From assembly GCA_027031765.1 (NCBI GenBank), contig JALVPN010000097.1, positions 1-12,992 on the forward strand: a DNA stretch of 12,992 bases, written 5' to 3'. Positions 1-6,729 of the stretch are shown here, piece after piece. Position 1 is the first letter of the stretch. Each line of letters begins with the position of its first letter. The DNA is from Promethearchaeota archaeon (lineage in GTDB: Archaea > Asgardarchaeota > Thorarchaeia > Thorarchaeales > Thorarchaeaceae). A program made the position numbers and the translations under genes. Below the pieces are notes generated by a model. That model ran no database searches. It was given only the letters and a program-made list of their open reading frames with translations, and had not been told where the DNA came from.

Positions 1-83
1 GTCTACATGCCGCCGCTGTCATGAGCAGTGCTGGACCCGCAGGTCAGCAGTCAGAGGGCGGAGAAAAGGGCAGACCAAGTACT

Positions 84-103
84 CCACCCCACCCCACCCC
101 ACC
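84..103. repeat. Short (CCCCA)n C-tract repeat; G-rich on the minus strand (GG-T-GGGG-T-GGGG-T-GGGG-T-GG)
   Basis: Read directly: ccacccc accccacccc acc at 84-103, 8-27 nt past the stop of the 111..1115 gene. Confidence 0.8.
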
Positions 104-110
104 GGCGGGC

Positions 111-1115
111 CTATCCACTGGTTTCCAGCAGGTAGATGTTCCGTCCAACGGCCTGCACTATGTGTGTAACGCCTGTCCCAGTGATGTCCCCGGTGGCCAC
201 GAGAGACTCGACGGACTTCTTGGCCGTCTTGATGCTGGTGAGCTCCACAATACGGTTGCTCACAGAGGCCAGTAGGGCGAGCAGGGAGTTGTCATGGCTG
301 GCAAGGATCTGCATCTCGGGCCCACTGCCGGCTACGAACGGGCCGACAGCCAAGGATGTGATGGCACTGGGAGCCCGGACAGAGTCGAGCCGTTCAAGCT
401 CAGAGTGTCTGAACCTCCAGTAACTCAGGTTCCGGCCATCGGACACCACAAGTACGTCGTCAGTATGACCGCCCGATAGACGGCCCGTAGCAACATGCTG
501 TACCTCACCTTTGACCTTGGCGCGTGCGACCTCATGGAGCCGGTCATCAGCATACTGGAACACGTACACATGTTCAGAGTCGTCCCCAAACACCACACGC
601 CCATATGGGATACTATCAGCGTATAGTGCCTGCATAGAAAAGACAGGGCGGTCAACGACCTTGTGTGCCAGCTTGTCGAGGGCAATGTCGAACCAGCTGT
701 AGCACCGGAGCGCGTGGTCGTCTGTGGCGACAATCACTTCGGCTGCAGGGCTACCTGACACGTTCACCACACAGACCGCTGTCGGCAGGGTGCCCAGTGG
801 GAGCTCCCCGTGCGTCGTGATTGCGCCGTCCTTGTAACCCAGTATCCGTAGGGCATTGTCCTGACAGCCCACGACTATCTGATTTGAGCCAGAACCAATC
901 ACATCACCTGTGTCCATCGCCGACACCGGCGGGAACTCGCTGACCCGGGCTACCTCCACCAGCTCGGGGCCGCTCTCACAGGCCAGCAGGATGACCTCAC
1001 CGTTCATGGTGGCGACCACTATGTTGTCCTTCCCATCATTGGTGAGGTCAGCTAGGCCAACTGAGGCAACAACATCGGTAAGGGAATCCTCTGCAACAAC
1101 TTGGAGCTGTGTCAT
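111..1115 (-). CDS. Seven-bladed beta-propeller protein with FG-GAP/VCBS-like repeats, no signal peptide
   Basis: 334 aa with seven ~45-aa repeats: ADLTNDGKDNIVVAT, GDVIGSGSNQIVVGC, VNVSGSPAAEVIVAT, LYADSIPYGRVVFGD, GRLSGGHTDDVLVVS, GPFVAGSGPEMQILAS, GDITGTGVTHIVQAV. The pattern matches GDxxGDGxx-hhh blades. Confidence 0.75.
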   Translation of the reverse strand: MTQLQVVAEDSLTDVVASVGLADLTNDGKDNIVVATMNGEVILLACESGPELVEVARVSEFPPVSAMDTGDVIGSGSNQIVVGCQDNALRILGYKDGAITTHGELPLGTLPTAVCVVNVSGSPAAEVIVATDDHALRCYSWFDIALDKLAHKVVDRPVFSMQALYADSIPYGRVVFGDDSEHVYVFQYADDRLHEVARAKVKGEVQHVATGRLSGGHTDDVLVVSDGRNLSYWRFRHSELERLDSVRAPSAITSLAVGPFVAGSGPEMQILASHDNSLLALLASVSNRIVELTSIKTAKKSVESLVATGDITGTGVTHIVQAVGRNIYLLETSG

Positions 1116-1165
1116 GTGGCCGGCCTCAAGCAGGGACTAAGGCAACAGAGCAGGACAGTGAGTGT

Positions 1166-1173
1166 AATTTAAG
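1166..1173 (-). promoter_or_regulatory. Putative TATA box (CTTAAATT) for the beta-propeller gene
   Basis: AT island in GC-rich DNA, about 50 nt upstream of the ATG at 1115. Confidence 0.4.
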
Positions 1174-1303
1174 ACTTGTCTTGACGGGGCGGACGGCAAC
1201 GGTCCGGACTGACTGGAGAACCGCTGGTCAGGGCCAAATGTCAGCCCGGCTGCACAGCTGCCGTATAGCGGTGGCCGGGCGGTCATGAAGAACAGGGGGT
1301 GCG

Positions 1304-1310
1304 TTTAAGA
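1304..1310 (+). promoter_or_regulatory. Putative TATA box (TTTAAGA) for 1346..1888
   Basis: About 35 nt upstream of the TTG start; same motif as other candidate promoters in the window. Confidence 0.4.
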
Positions 1311-1345
1311 CAGTGTGCATACAATAGAGTTGGGTGTGAGACCTG

Positions 1346-1888
1346 TTGCCGACACCTGGATCGCCACAGTCGCCCGGCCTTGCGAGCGGGGACTGGAATG
1401 CGACCGCGGAGGAAATAGCCCGTGAACTGCGGGACTTCATCGTGGAGTTTGGTTCGTTCAACCCCGACTGGTTTGTCGACGTGAAGTTCCACCTCCTACG
1501 TACCCTTGCGTTCAGTCGACAGGCCCGTGACGAGCTATGCAGCCTTGCGATTGACGGTGGCCTTTGCATGGACTGCGACCTGCGCTATGCAGCTAAGAAG
1601 TGCCTGCTGTGGTACCGGCTCTTCAAGGATATCAGCTGGTCGATTGTGAGGAGAGCGCCGCCATGCATCAGGATTGCCTTTGTGAAGCGGCGGATTAAGT
1701 GGGTAGCTGACTACCTCGTCGCCGCAGGGGTGATAGATCTCCCTTTCTATACTGGCGCACACGCCCCATCATGCAAGAGCATGCAGAGGTGGGGGTACTG
1801 CAGCCCTGACAGGTACTGTTCCGCAATGACACGTCAGAACACACTGTCATACGTGCCGGCACGGGACAGGGTCAAGATGACACGCTGA
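1346..1888 (+). CDS. Hypothetical protein resembling the C-terminal Fe-S domain of primase large subunit (PriL-CTD-like), stand-alone
   Basis: 180 aa, TTG start, in-frame TGA at 1337-1339 upstream. Contains PPC-x35-C(PSC)-x8-C-x5-C plus terminal NTLSY, resembling archaeal PriL PPC...PSC..M...G.C....C...PL.Y. Also has an extra CMDC. Confidence 0.55.
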   Translation: MPTPGSPQSPGLASGDWNATAEEIARELRDFIVEFGSFNPDWFVDVKFHLLRTLAFSRQARDELCSLAIDGGLCMDCDLRYAAKKCLLWYRLFKDISWSIVRRAPPCIRIAFVKRRIKWVADYLVAAGVIDLPFYTGAHAPSCKSMQRWGYCSPDRYCSAMTRQNTLSYVPARDRVKMTR

Positions 1889-1922
1889 CAGACCGGGGCC
1901 TGTGTGACCGCGCCCTCAGGAC

Positions 1923-2630
1923 TCAGGGGTCGCTGCTGGCTTCCGCACACTCCACGAGGTGTGAGACCGCCGGCATGACCGCCGGCAGCCCCAGCTCAAG
2001 ATAGACTATACCGAAGACCGCCTCCACGAGGGTGCCCTTGATGTGCTCGACCTCCGAACGGCAGGGAGCTGGTGGGTCGAAGTGAATCCTGTATTCGAAC
2101 AGGCGCCACCTGTCACACAGACGCGCAAGGTTGTGGTTGCTGACGATGCGGGCCCGTTGAACAGTCAGGTGACCGACCTCTGCTGGCCGTGGGCTCCAGA
2201 GCAGGTGTACGACCGCCATTGATATTGCTGCGTCACCTACGAGGGCCAGTGCTCTTGCTGCCTCGCTGAGCCATACCATGTCGCTCAGACGGCGGCCGAA
2301 CAGCTCAGCCCAAGGGCCATCATGGTGGGCCTCAAGCTCCAAGAAGAGGTTCTTTGTGCTCGGTTGGAACATCGCGACCACGAGCAGTTCCTTGTCATGC
2401 AGGTGGAGCCCCAAGACGCGTTCAAGGGACGGGACAAGCTCCGAGTACACCCGCTGGACCCCATCGCGGACAGCCCCGAGCTGGTGGACCCACCGCCTCA
2501 TCTTTGCGTGGAGGCGCTTGTGGCTGGCAGGGACTGATAGCAGCTGCCTGCGCACCGCGTCTATGAGCCCTGTGACGAGCTGGTCAATGCCTATTGGAGC
2601 CCACATGAGTGTCCGAGTGCTCGGGTCCAT
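1923..2630 (-). CDS. Ribonuclease III-family protein, Mini-III-like signature, no dsRBD, N-terminal helical extension
   Basis: LERVLGLHLHDKELLVVAM resembles RNase III LE..LGY.F.D..LL..AL. ALALVGDAAI is signature 1. LTVQRARIVSNHNLA resembles LT..RA.LV....LA. KGTLVEAVFGIVYLELG is signature 2. The protein ends shortly after, leaving no room for a dsRBD. Confidence 0.8.
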   Translation of the reverse strand: MDPSTRTLMWAPIGIDQLVTGLIDAVRRQLLSVPASHKRLHAKMRRWVHQLGAVRDGVQRVYSELVPSLERVLGLHLHDKELLVVAMFQPSTKNLFLELEAHHDGPWAELFGRRLSDMVWLSEAARALALVGDAAISMAVVHLLWSPRPAEVGHLTVQRARIVSNHNLARLCDRWRLFEYRIHFDPPAPCRSEVEHIKGTLVEAVFGIVYLELGLPAVMPAVSHLVECAEASSDP

Positions 2631-3425
2631 CTACACACCACCACCCCGTGGGAGGACGACTACAATGTCCGGACGGTCGCCGGTAAGGCCCTCAAGGAAT
2701 ACGGCAGTAAGGGAGTAGTCCAGAGCGACAAGTGCGAGGGCCATTGTTATGAGCGGGGGGCCATACGTGAGGTTGACCACCACCTCATGGTCGTGGAGGG
2801 CGTCCAGTACCAGACGCTCGATTTCAGAGTAGGTCGCAGAGAGGTCCCCATGCGAGGCCCCCACACCACGCCCCACAATGTCGTCTGGCAGCTCGTGCCA
2901 GTGGCCCTCCCAACGCTGCGACCGGTCATCCGGGACGTAGCGTTCTAGGTTCTTGGCAACACCTTTTGAGAACCTGTGCCCCTCGACCACCACATGAATC
3001 ACTCGCGGGGCGAAGCGACTGTCACGGAACACCCAACGCATCAGTCGCCGCTGGTCCTCGGGGCCTCCGAGAGAGGTGACCATACACTTTGGTCGCTCGA
3101 TTCCTAGGACTCGACGCACCGCCTGTACCACATGCGGATTCAGACTGAATATCCTCTGCTGCGAACGCTTCACACTGGTAATGATACCGAGAGACTCAAG
3201 GTGTCTGGTGTTGAAGTACAGCTTCGGGTCTGAGACCCGGAACTCATCAGGCCGTACCCTCTTACCACGGGTGCGCACAGTCTGGGCCATCATGTCTTTC
3301 CTGATGCTCTCACGCAACTCGCTGCCGGACTTCGGGCCACCCTCGAGCTGGTCAAGTATGACGCGTCTGGCCCTTACACTCTCGACCTCGCGGCGTATTA
3401 TGTCATCAGCAGACTGACCGAACAT
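2631..3425 (-). CDS. Winged-helix (ArsR-like) DNA-binding domain fused to a C-terminal CARF-like Rossmann domain
   Basis: N-term RARRVILDQLEGGPKSGSEL...SDPKLYFNTRHLESLGIITSVKRSQQRIFSLN is a wHTH. C-term CMVTSLG (CARF strand 1), PRVIHVVV and VVVNLTYGPPLITMALALVALDYSLTAVFL resemble the CARF vdlTgGxK..s.al..aa motif. ATG at 3425 preferred over GTG at 3428. Confidence 0.65.
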   Translation of the reverse strand: MFGQSADDIIRREVESVRARRVILDQLEGGPKSGSELRESIRKDMMAQTVRTRGKRVRPDEFRVSDPKLYFNTRHLESLGIITSVKRSQQRIFSLNPHVVQAVRRVLGIERPKCMVTSLGGPEDQRRLMRWVFRDSRFAPRVIHVVVEGHRFSKGVAKNLERYVPDDRSQRWEGHWHELPDDIVGRGVGASHGDLSATYSEIERLVLDALHDHEVVVNLTYGPPLITMALALVALDYSLTAVFLEGLTGDRPDIVVVLPRGGGV

Positions 3426-3449
3426 CACGCCCTGCAGCTATATACGGCA

Positions 3450-3459
3450 TATATATAAT
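3450..3459 (-). promoter_or_regulatory. Putative TATA box (ATTATATATA) for the wHTH-CARF/RNase III unit, probably leaderless
   Basis: Strong AT island about 25 nt upstream of the ATG at 3425, the canonical archaeal TATA-to-start distance. Confidence 0.55.
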
Positions 3460-3694
3460 GTGTAGATATCCCAGGTCTACGGGGCCTGGGCCGGGCACAC
3501 AGGGGCCAATACCCACGGCACATATGAGTGTGCAGCTATGTTCCCCACAGCCGTTAGAGAGAGTCCGTAGGCCGGTCTCTGGCGGAGAGGCCCACACAGT
3601 GGTGGTGAGACCGAACCCGGCCACCCCGGAACGCCTACAATATACACATATATCAAGTAGGTATTAGTGGTATTGGCGAGTAATCCAGACAAGG

Positions 3695-3702
3695 CTTAAA
3701 TA
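3695..3702 (+). promoter_or_regulatory. Putative TATA box (CTTAAATA) of the actin gene
   Basis: Purine-rich BRE-like AGACAAGG immediately upstream; implies a 5' UTR of roughly 80-85 nt before the ATG at 3810. Confidence 0.5.
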
Positions 3703-3809
3703 CATCGGAAATGGATATCCTAGCGGTCTGAGTCTGGATGCTTCTTTTGGTGTGTCAAGGGAAGCAGATGGGCTATGGTCAAGAACAAGAATGAAGAGGA
3801 CCGAGAAAA

Positions 3810-4949
3810 ATGGCTGAAGACGAGTTCCTTGGAGCCAAGCCGGTCGTCATTGACAATGGCACCGGCCTGACGAAGAACGGGTATGCAGGTGAAGACCAGC
3901 CACGGAGCGTATGGCCGACGTTGATAGGCTATCCACGCTACGAGCACGTCATGACGGACGTAGACCACTACACGCGGGACTACTACATTGGCGATGAGGC
4001 AATCAACCTCCGTGGTGTGCTACGCCTGATATACCCGATAACACACGGCAAGATTGAGGACTGGGACGCCATCGAGAAGATATGGAGCTACACGTTCTTC
4101 AACGACCTCAAGGTCGACCCGAGTGAGAACCCCGTGCTCCTGACAGAGGCACCATTCAACCCCCGCGAGAACAGGGAACGCATGGCATCTGTGATGTTCG
4201 ACAACTTTGGAGTCCCAGCGGTGTACATTGCCACACAGGCGCTCCTCTCACTGTATGCATCAGGTCGCACGACAGGGCTGGTTGTCGACTCGGGTGATGG
4301 TGTGACTCACATTGTGCCTATTTACGAGGGCTTCTCAATCAACCACGCCATCAAGAGGATTGACCTTGCAGGCAGAGACATAACGGAGTACCTGCGTCGA
4401 CTCCTCCGCCAGGCCGGGTACTCGTTCGTTAGCGGTGCAGAGAAGGAGATTGTCCGCGACATCAAGGAGAAGCTCTGCTATGTGGCCCTGGACCCTGAGA
4501 GAGAACAGACCGTCGCTGACAAGGCTGGTGTCGACAAGCCGTACATGCTGCCGGACGGCGATGTGATCACTATCGGTGCTGAGAGGTTCCAGGCACCTGA
4601 GCTGTTCTTCAACCCGAGCAACATCGGCCTGGACACCAAGCCACTGGACGAGCAGATAGTCGACTCGATCAAGGAGTGCGACGTGGACCTCAGACGCGAC
4701 CTCTACGCCAACATCGTCCTCTCAGGAGGCTCCACAATGTTCCCGGGCCTGAAGGAGCGGCTCCACAAGGAGATCACAGAGCTTGTCCCGGAGAACGTCG
4801 AGGTACGCATCATTGCCCCGCCCGAGCGGCAGTACTCAGTCTGGATTGGCGGTTCCATCCTTGCTTCACTGAAGACATTCCAGAAGATGTGGGTGAGCCG
4901 CAAGGAGTTCGAGGAGCAGGGGCCAGAGGTCATCCACAGGTGCATCTAA
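3810..4949 (+). CDS. act: Asgard actin (Lokiactin-type, eukaryote-like actin)
   Basis: 379 aa with actin signatures: [115 protein letters not shown]-term IHRCI. Confidence 0.98.
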   Translation: MAEDEFLGAKPVVIDNGTGLTKNGYAGEDQPRSVWPTLIGYPRYEHVMTDVDHYTRDYYIGDEAINLRGVLRLIYPITHGKIEDWDAIEKIWSYTFFNDLKVDPSENPVLLTEAPFNPRENRERMASVMFDNFGVPAVYIATQALLSLYASGRTTGLVVDSGDGVTHIVPIYEGFSINHAIKRIDLAGRDITEYLRRLLRQAGYSFVSGAEKEIVRDIKEKLCYVALDPEREQTVADKAGVDKPYMLPDGDVITIGAERFQAPELFFNPSNIGLDTKPLDEQIVDSIKECDVDLRRDLYANIVLSGGSTMFPGLKERLHKEITELVPENVEVRIIAPPERQYSVWIGGSILASLKTFQKMWVSRKEFEEQGPEVIHRCI

Positions 4950-4982
4950 GCACCACCCAGTCCACATCACCACACAGGTCAA

Positions 4983-5017
4983 GGTGGGTCGCAAGGCCCA
5001 CCAAACCCTTTTTCTTT
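4983..5017 (+). terminator. Hairpin with GCAA tetraloop followed by a T-rich tract, downstream of actin
   Basis: GGTGGGTC-GCAA-GGCCCACC (4983-5002; 8-bp stem with one G-U), then TTTTTCTTT (5009-5017), starting 34 nt after the actin stop. Confidence 0.65.
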
Positions 5018-5214
5018 GGAATGTACAGGTACCGGCACCCCTCTTGTGCGCTATGTTGGCGACCCGGTCACCTCTGCCCCACCACCACGCACGGCCGTTT
5101 ATTCTTCACTGCAGATAGATGGTCTCATGGCTGCCCCCAGATGTCCGGTGCAGGTGGTCTTGCAACACTACCACAACTGTTGGCCGACCACAGCTTGGAG
5201 CACACTGTGAAGGG

Positions 5215-5220
5215 TTTAAG
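5215..5220 (+). promoter_or_regulatory. Putative TATA box (TTTAAG) for 5275..6711
   Basis: About 55 nt upstream of the ATG at 5275; same motif as 1304-1309. Confidence 0.4.
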
Positions 5221-5274
5221 GGGTACCAGTAGGACAGAGGCACAGCAGTGCTACTGGGATGTGTGTAGGGAACA

Positions 5275-6711
5275 ATGGACCACGCAGTCAGACTCGTGAG
5301 CAAGTACAGCAGGACAGGGGACAGGCTTGCGGACACATCTGCACCGAGTGATGTCTTTGACCGCGAGTTTGGGGCACAGATGACCGCGTGGGAGCTCCAG
5401 TGCATCAGGAGGTTCAGGGAACATCTCAGTGGCCGCAGGTACGTCTACCGTGGGTTCGTACACCACACGCGTGTATCAACACAAGTCCTGCTGAGTCCCA
5501 GCCCATGGATACTCGACGGCGTCATTGCGCTCCTCCCGGAAGGTGTCGGACCACCACCGGAGGCAGAGATGGTAGAGGTTGTAGGCCGCCGCGTCGCTGT
5601 GCCGGGTGTCACCCGCAAAGACATGGTGGCAGCAGTGATGGTCGAGGACATACGTGTCCTTGGCGACAGACCACTGGCAGGGGTCAGAGCACCACTCGGC
5701 ATGCCTGAAATCTCAGAGATGCTGTTCGAGCATGTGGGCATGCCGGAGAACAGTAAACAGGTCTTCACAAGACTGTTCATATCAAGCCCACCATACCTTG
5801 ACAGCATCGGGGGGCTAGCTACAGGGATACAGGCACTTGCAGCACGGCGCAATGTGAAACGGCTCCTCACGTTCATAAGACGTGTCCTCCCACATGCGAT
5901 TACGAGGGGTGTCAGCGAATACAGGCGGGTGAGGGGCGTACAGGTGCGCACCCCGCGTCTCTGGCGTATGAGAGTGGGCAATGTGGGTCGAAAAGAGATC
6001 CGTCGGTTGTGTGTGGAACGCAAAGACCCCCTTGGTTACAGGGAGGTGTCTGTCAGTACGATGGCAGACGGGAACACTGCTCCAATGCTGGACGTGCCGA
6101 TTGCGGTGAGCTACGATGACTTCTGGGTCGAACACCCAGACCCGAGGCTCCTCCAACTACCGGTTGTCAAGGCCGCAATCACATTCCACATGATGACGCC
6201 CAGAGTCGCGGCGCGCAGCATAGAGGCTGCAACGAAACATATCATTGCGCGGCTGGAACACCTCAGGGATGTGTTCGGGCTCCCGGACACGGCGCTGTCA
6301 CGTGGTCACGTACTCGATGCGGACCTGCTGGGACGGCCCATGAGCACGGTCCGGCTGGCCCGGTCTGCTGCAAGGGGGCTCTGGCGCGACAGGGTCACTG
6401 CAAAAGACCTGAAACACGAGTGGGACAGGGTGCTTGAACCAGCCCTGAGAGAGTTCATAGAGGTCGGAGAGCTGCAGATGACGACCGAGGAGATAGTCCG
6501 GGCAGGCGACACGGTGGAGCGACATGACACGTGTGTATGGCGGGCACTGCAGAGACTCGACACGGGGCAGCGTGGTAGCACCGGGCCGACAGTCGAGGAG
6601 ATTGCGCGGGAGGCGGGCGTTCATGTCAGCACAGCGGAACGGGCACTGGAGAGGATGAAGCGCGACTCCATGGTATACGAGCCACGCCCTGGTCACTACC
6701 GGATGGTGTAG
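5275..6711 (+). CDS. Divergent MCM-like protein (OB-like / degenerate AAA+ / C-terminal winged helix), predicted ATPase-inactive
   Basis: PPEAEMVEVVG resembles the MCM OB PGDRVxVTG. LLTFIRRVLPHAI resembles the segment after MCM Walker A. VVKAAITFHMMTPRV resembles LRKYIAYAR...P.L. GRPMSTVRLARSAARGLWRDRVTAKDL resembles TPRQLESLIRLSEA.AR..L...VT.ED. C-term ALERMKRDSMVYEPRPGHYRMV resembles the archaeal MCM WH tail. No Walker A, Walker B or SRFD motif. Confidence 0.6.
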   Translation: MDHAVRLVSKYSRTGDRLADTSAPSDVFDREFGAQMTAWELQCIRRFREHLSGRRYVYRGFVHHTRVSTQVLLSPSPWILDGVIALLPEGVGPPPEAEMVEVVGRRVAVPGVTRKDMVAAVMVEDIRVLGDRPLAGVRAPLGMPEISEMLFEHVGMPENSKQVFTRLFISSPPYLDSIGGLATGIQALAARRNVKRLLTFIRRVLPHAITRGVSEYRRVRGVQVRTPRLWRMRVGNVGRKEIRRLCVERKDPLGYREVSVSTMADGNTAPMLDVPIAVSYDDFWVEHPDPRLLQLPVVKAAITFHMMTPRVAARSIEAATKHIIARLEHLRDVFGLPDTALSRGHVLDADLLGRPMSTVRLARSAARGLWRDRVTAKDLKHEWDRVLEPALREFIEVGELQMTTEEIVRAGDTVERHDTCVWRALQRLDTGQRGSTGPTVEEIAREAGVHVSTAERALERMKRDSMVYEPRPGHYRMV

Positions 6712-6729
6712 CGGGTCTGCACGGAGCAC

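Noticed and set aside
1-110. Possible gene fragment at the left edge (a + strand frame ending at TGA 22-24, or a - strand ATG at 22), and ORF 21..275
   Set aside because: Too little sequence to call. ORF 21..275 is low-complexity and antisense to the propeller gene.
1923-2630. Calling the RNase III catalytically dead because of the E-to-A and D-to-T changes
   Set aside because: The same substitutions occur in active Mini-III enzymes, and the key Asp and Glu are retained.
1923-3425. Reading the CARF/RNase III pair as a CRISPR-Cas locus or a mobile element
   Set aside because: No cas genes, repeat-spacer array, transposase, integrase or terminal repeats in the window.
3601-3630. GGTTCG on the minus strand (tRNA T-loop-like) and TGAGA..ACCC (TPP riboswitch-like)
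   Set aside because: No T-stem pairing or cloverleaf, and the TPP ACCTGA core is missing.
3406-3692. Short ORFs in the divergent intergenic region (3406..3624, 3458..3667, 3477..3692) and 3720..3968
   Set aside because: No recognisable domains; they run through promoter AT islands or lie antisense to actin.
5226-5257. 7-bp inverted repeat CCAGTAG/CTACTGG downstream of the 5215 TATA
   Set aside because: Too short to separate from chance without comparative data.
4676-5299. 207-aa ORF overlapping the actin 3' end
   Set aside because: Out-of-frame shadow ORF with Arg/Pro/Gly-rich composition typical of GC-rich off-frames; it crosses the terminator.
5445-6729. Antisense ORFs 5445..6023, 5815..6156, 6298..6729, 6306..6581
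   Set aside because: Mirror frames of the 478-aa gene with no motifs.
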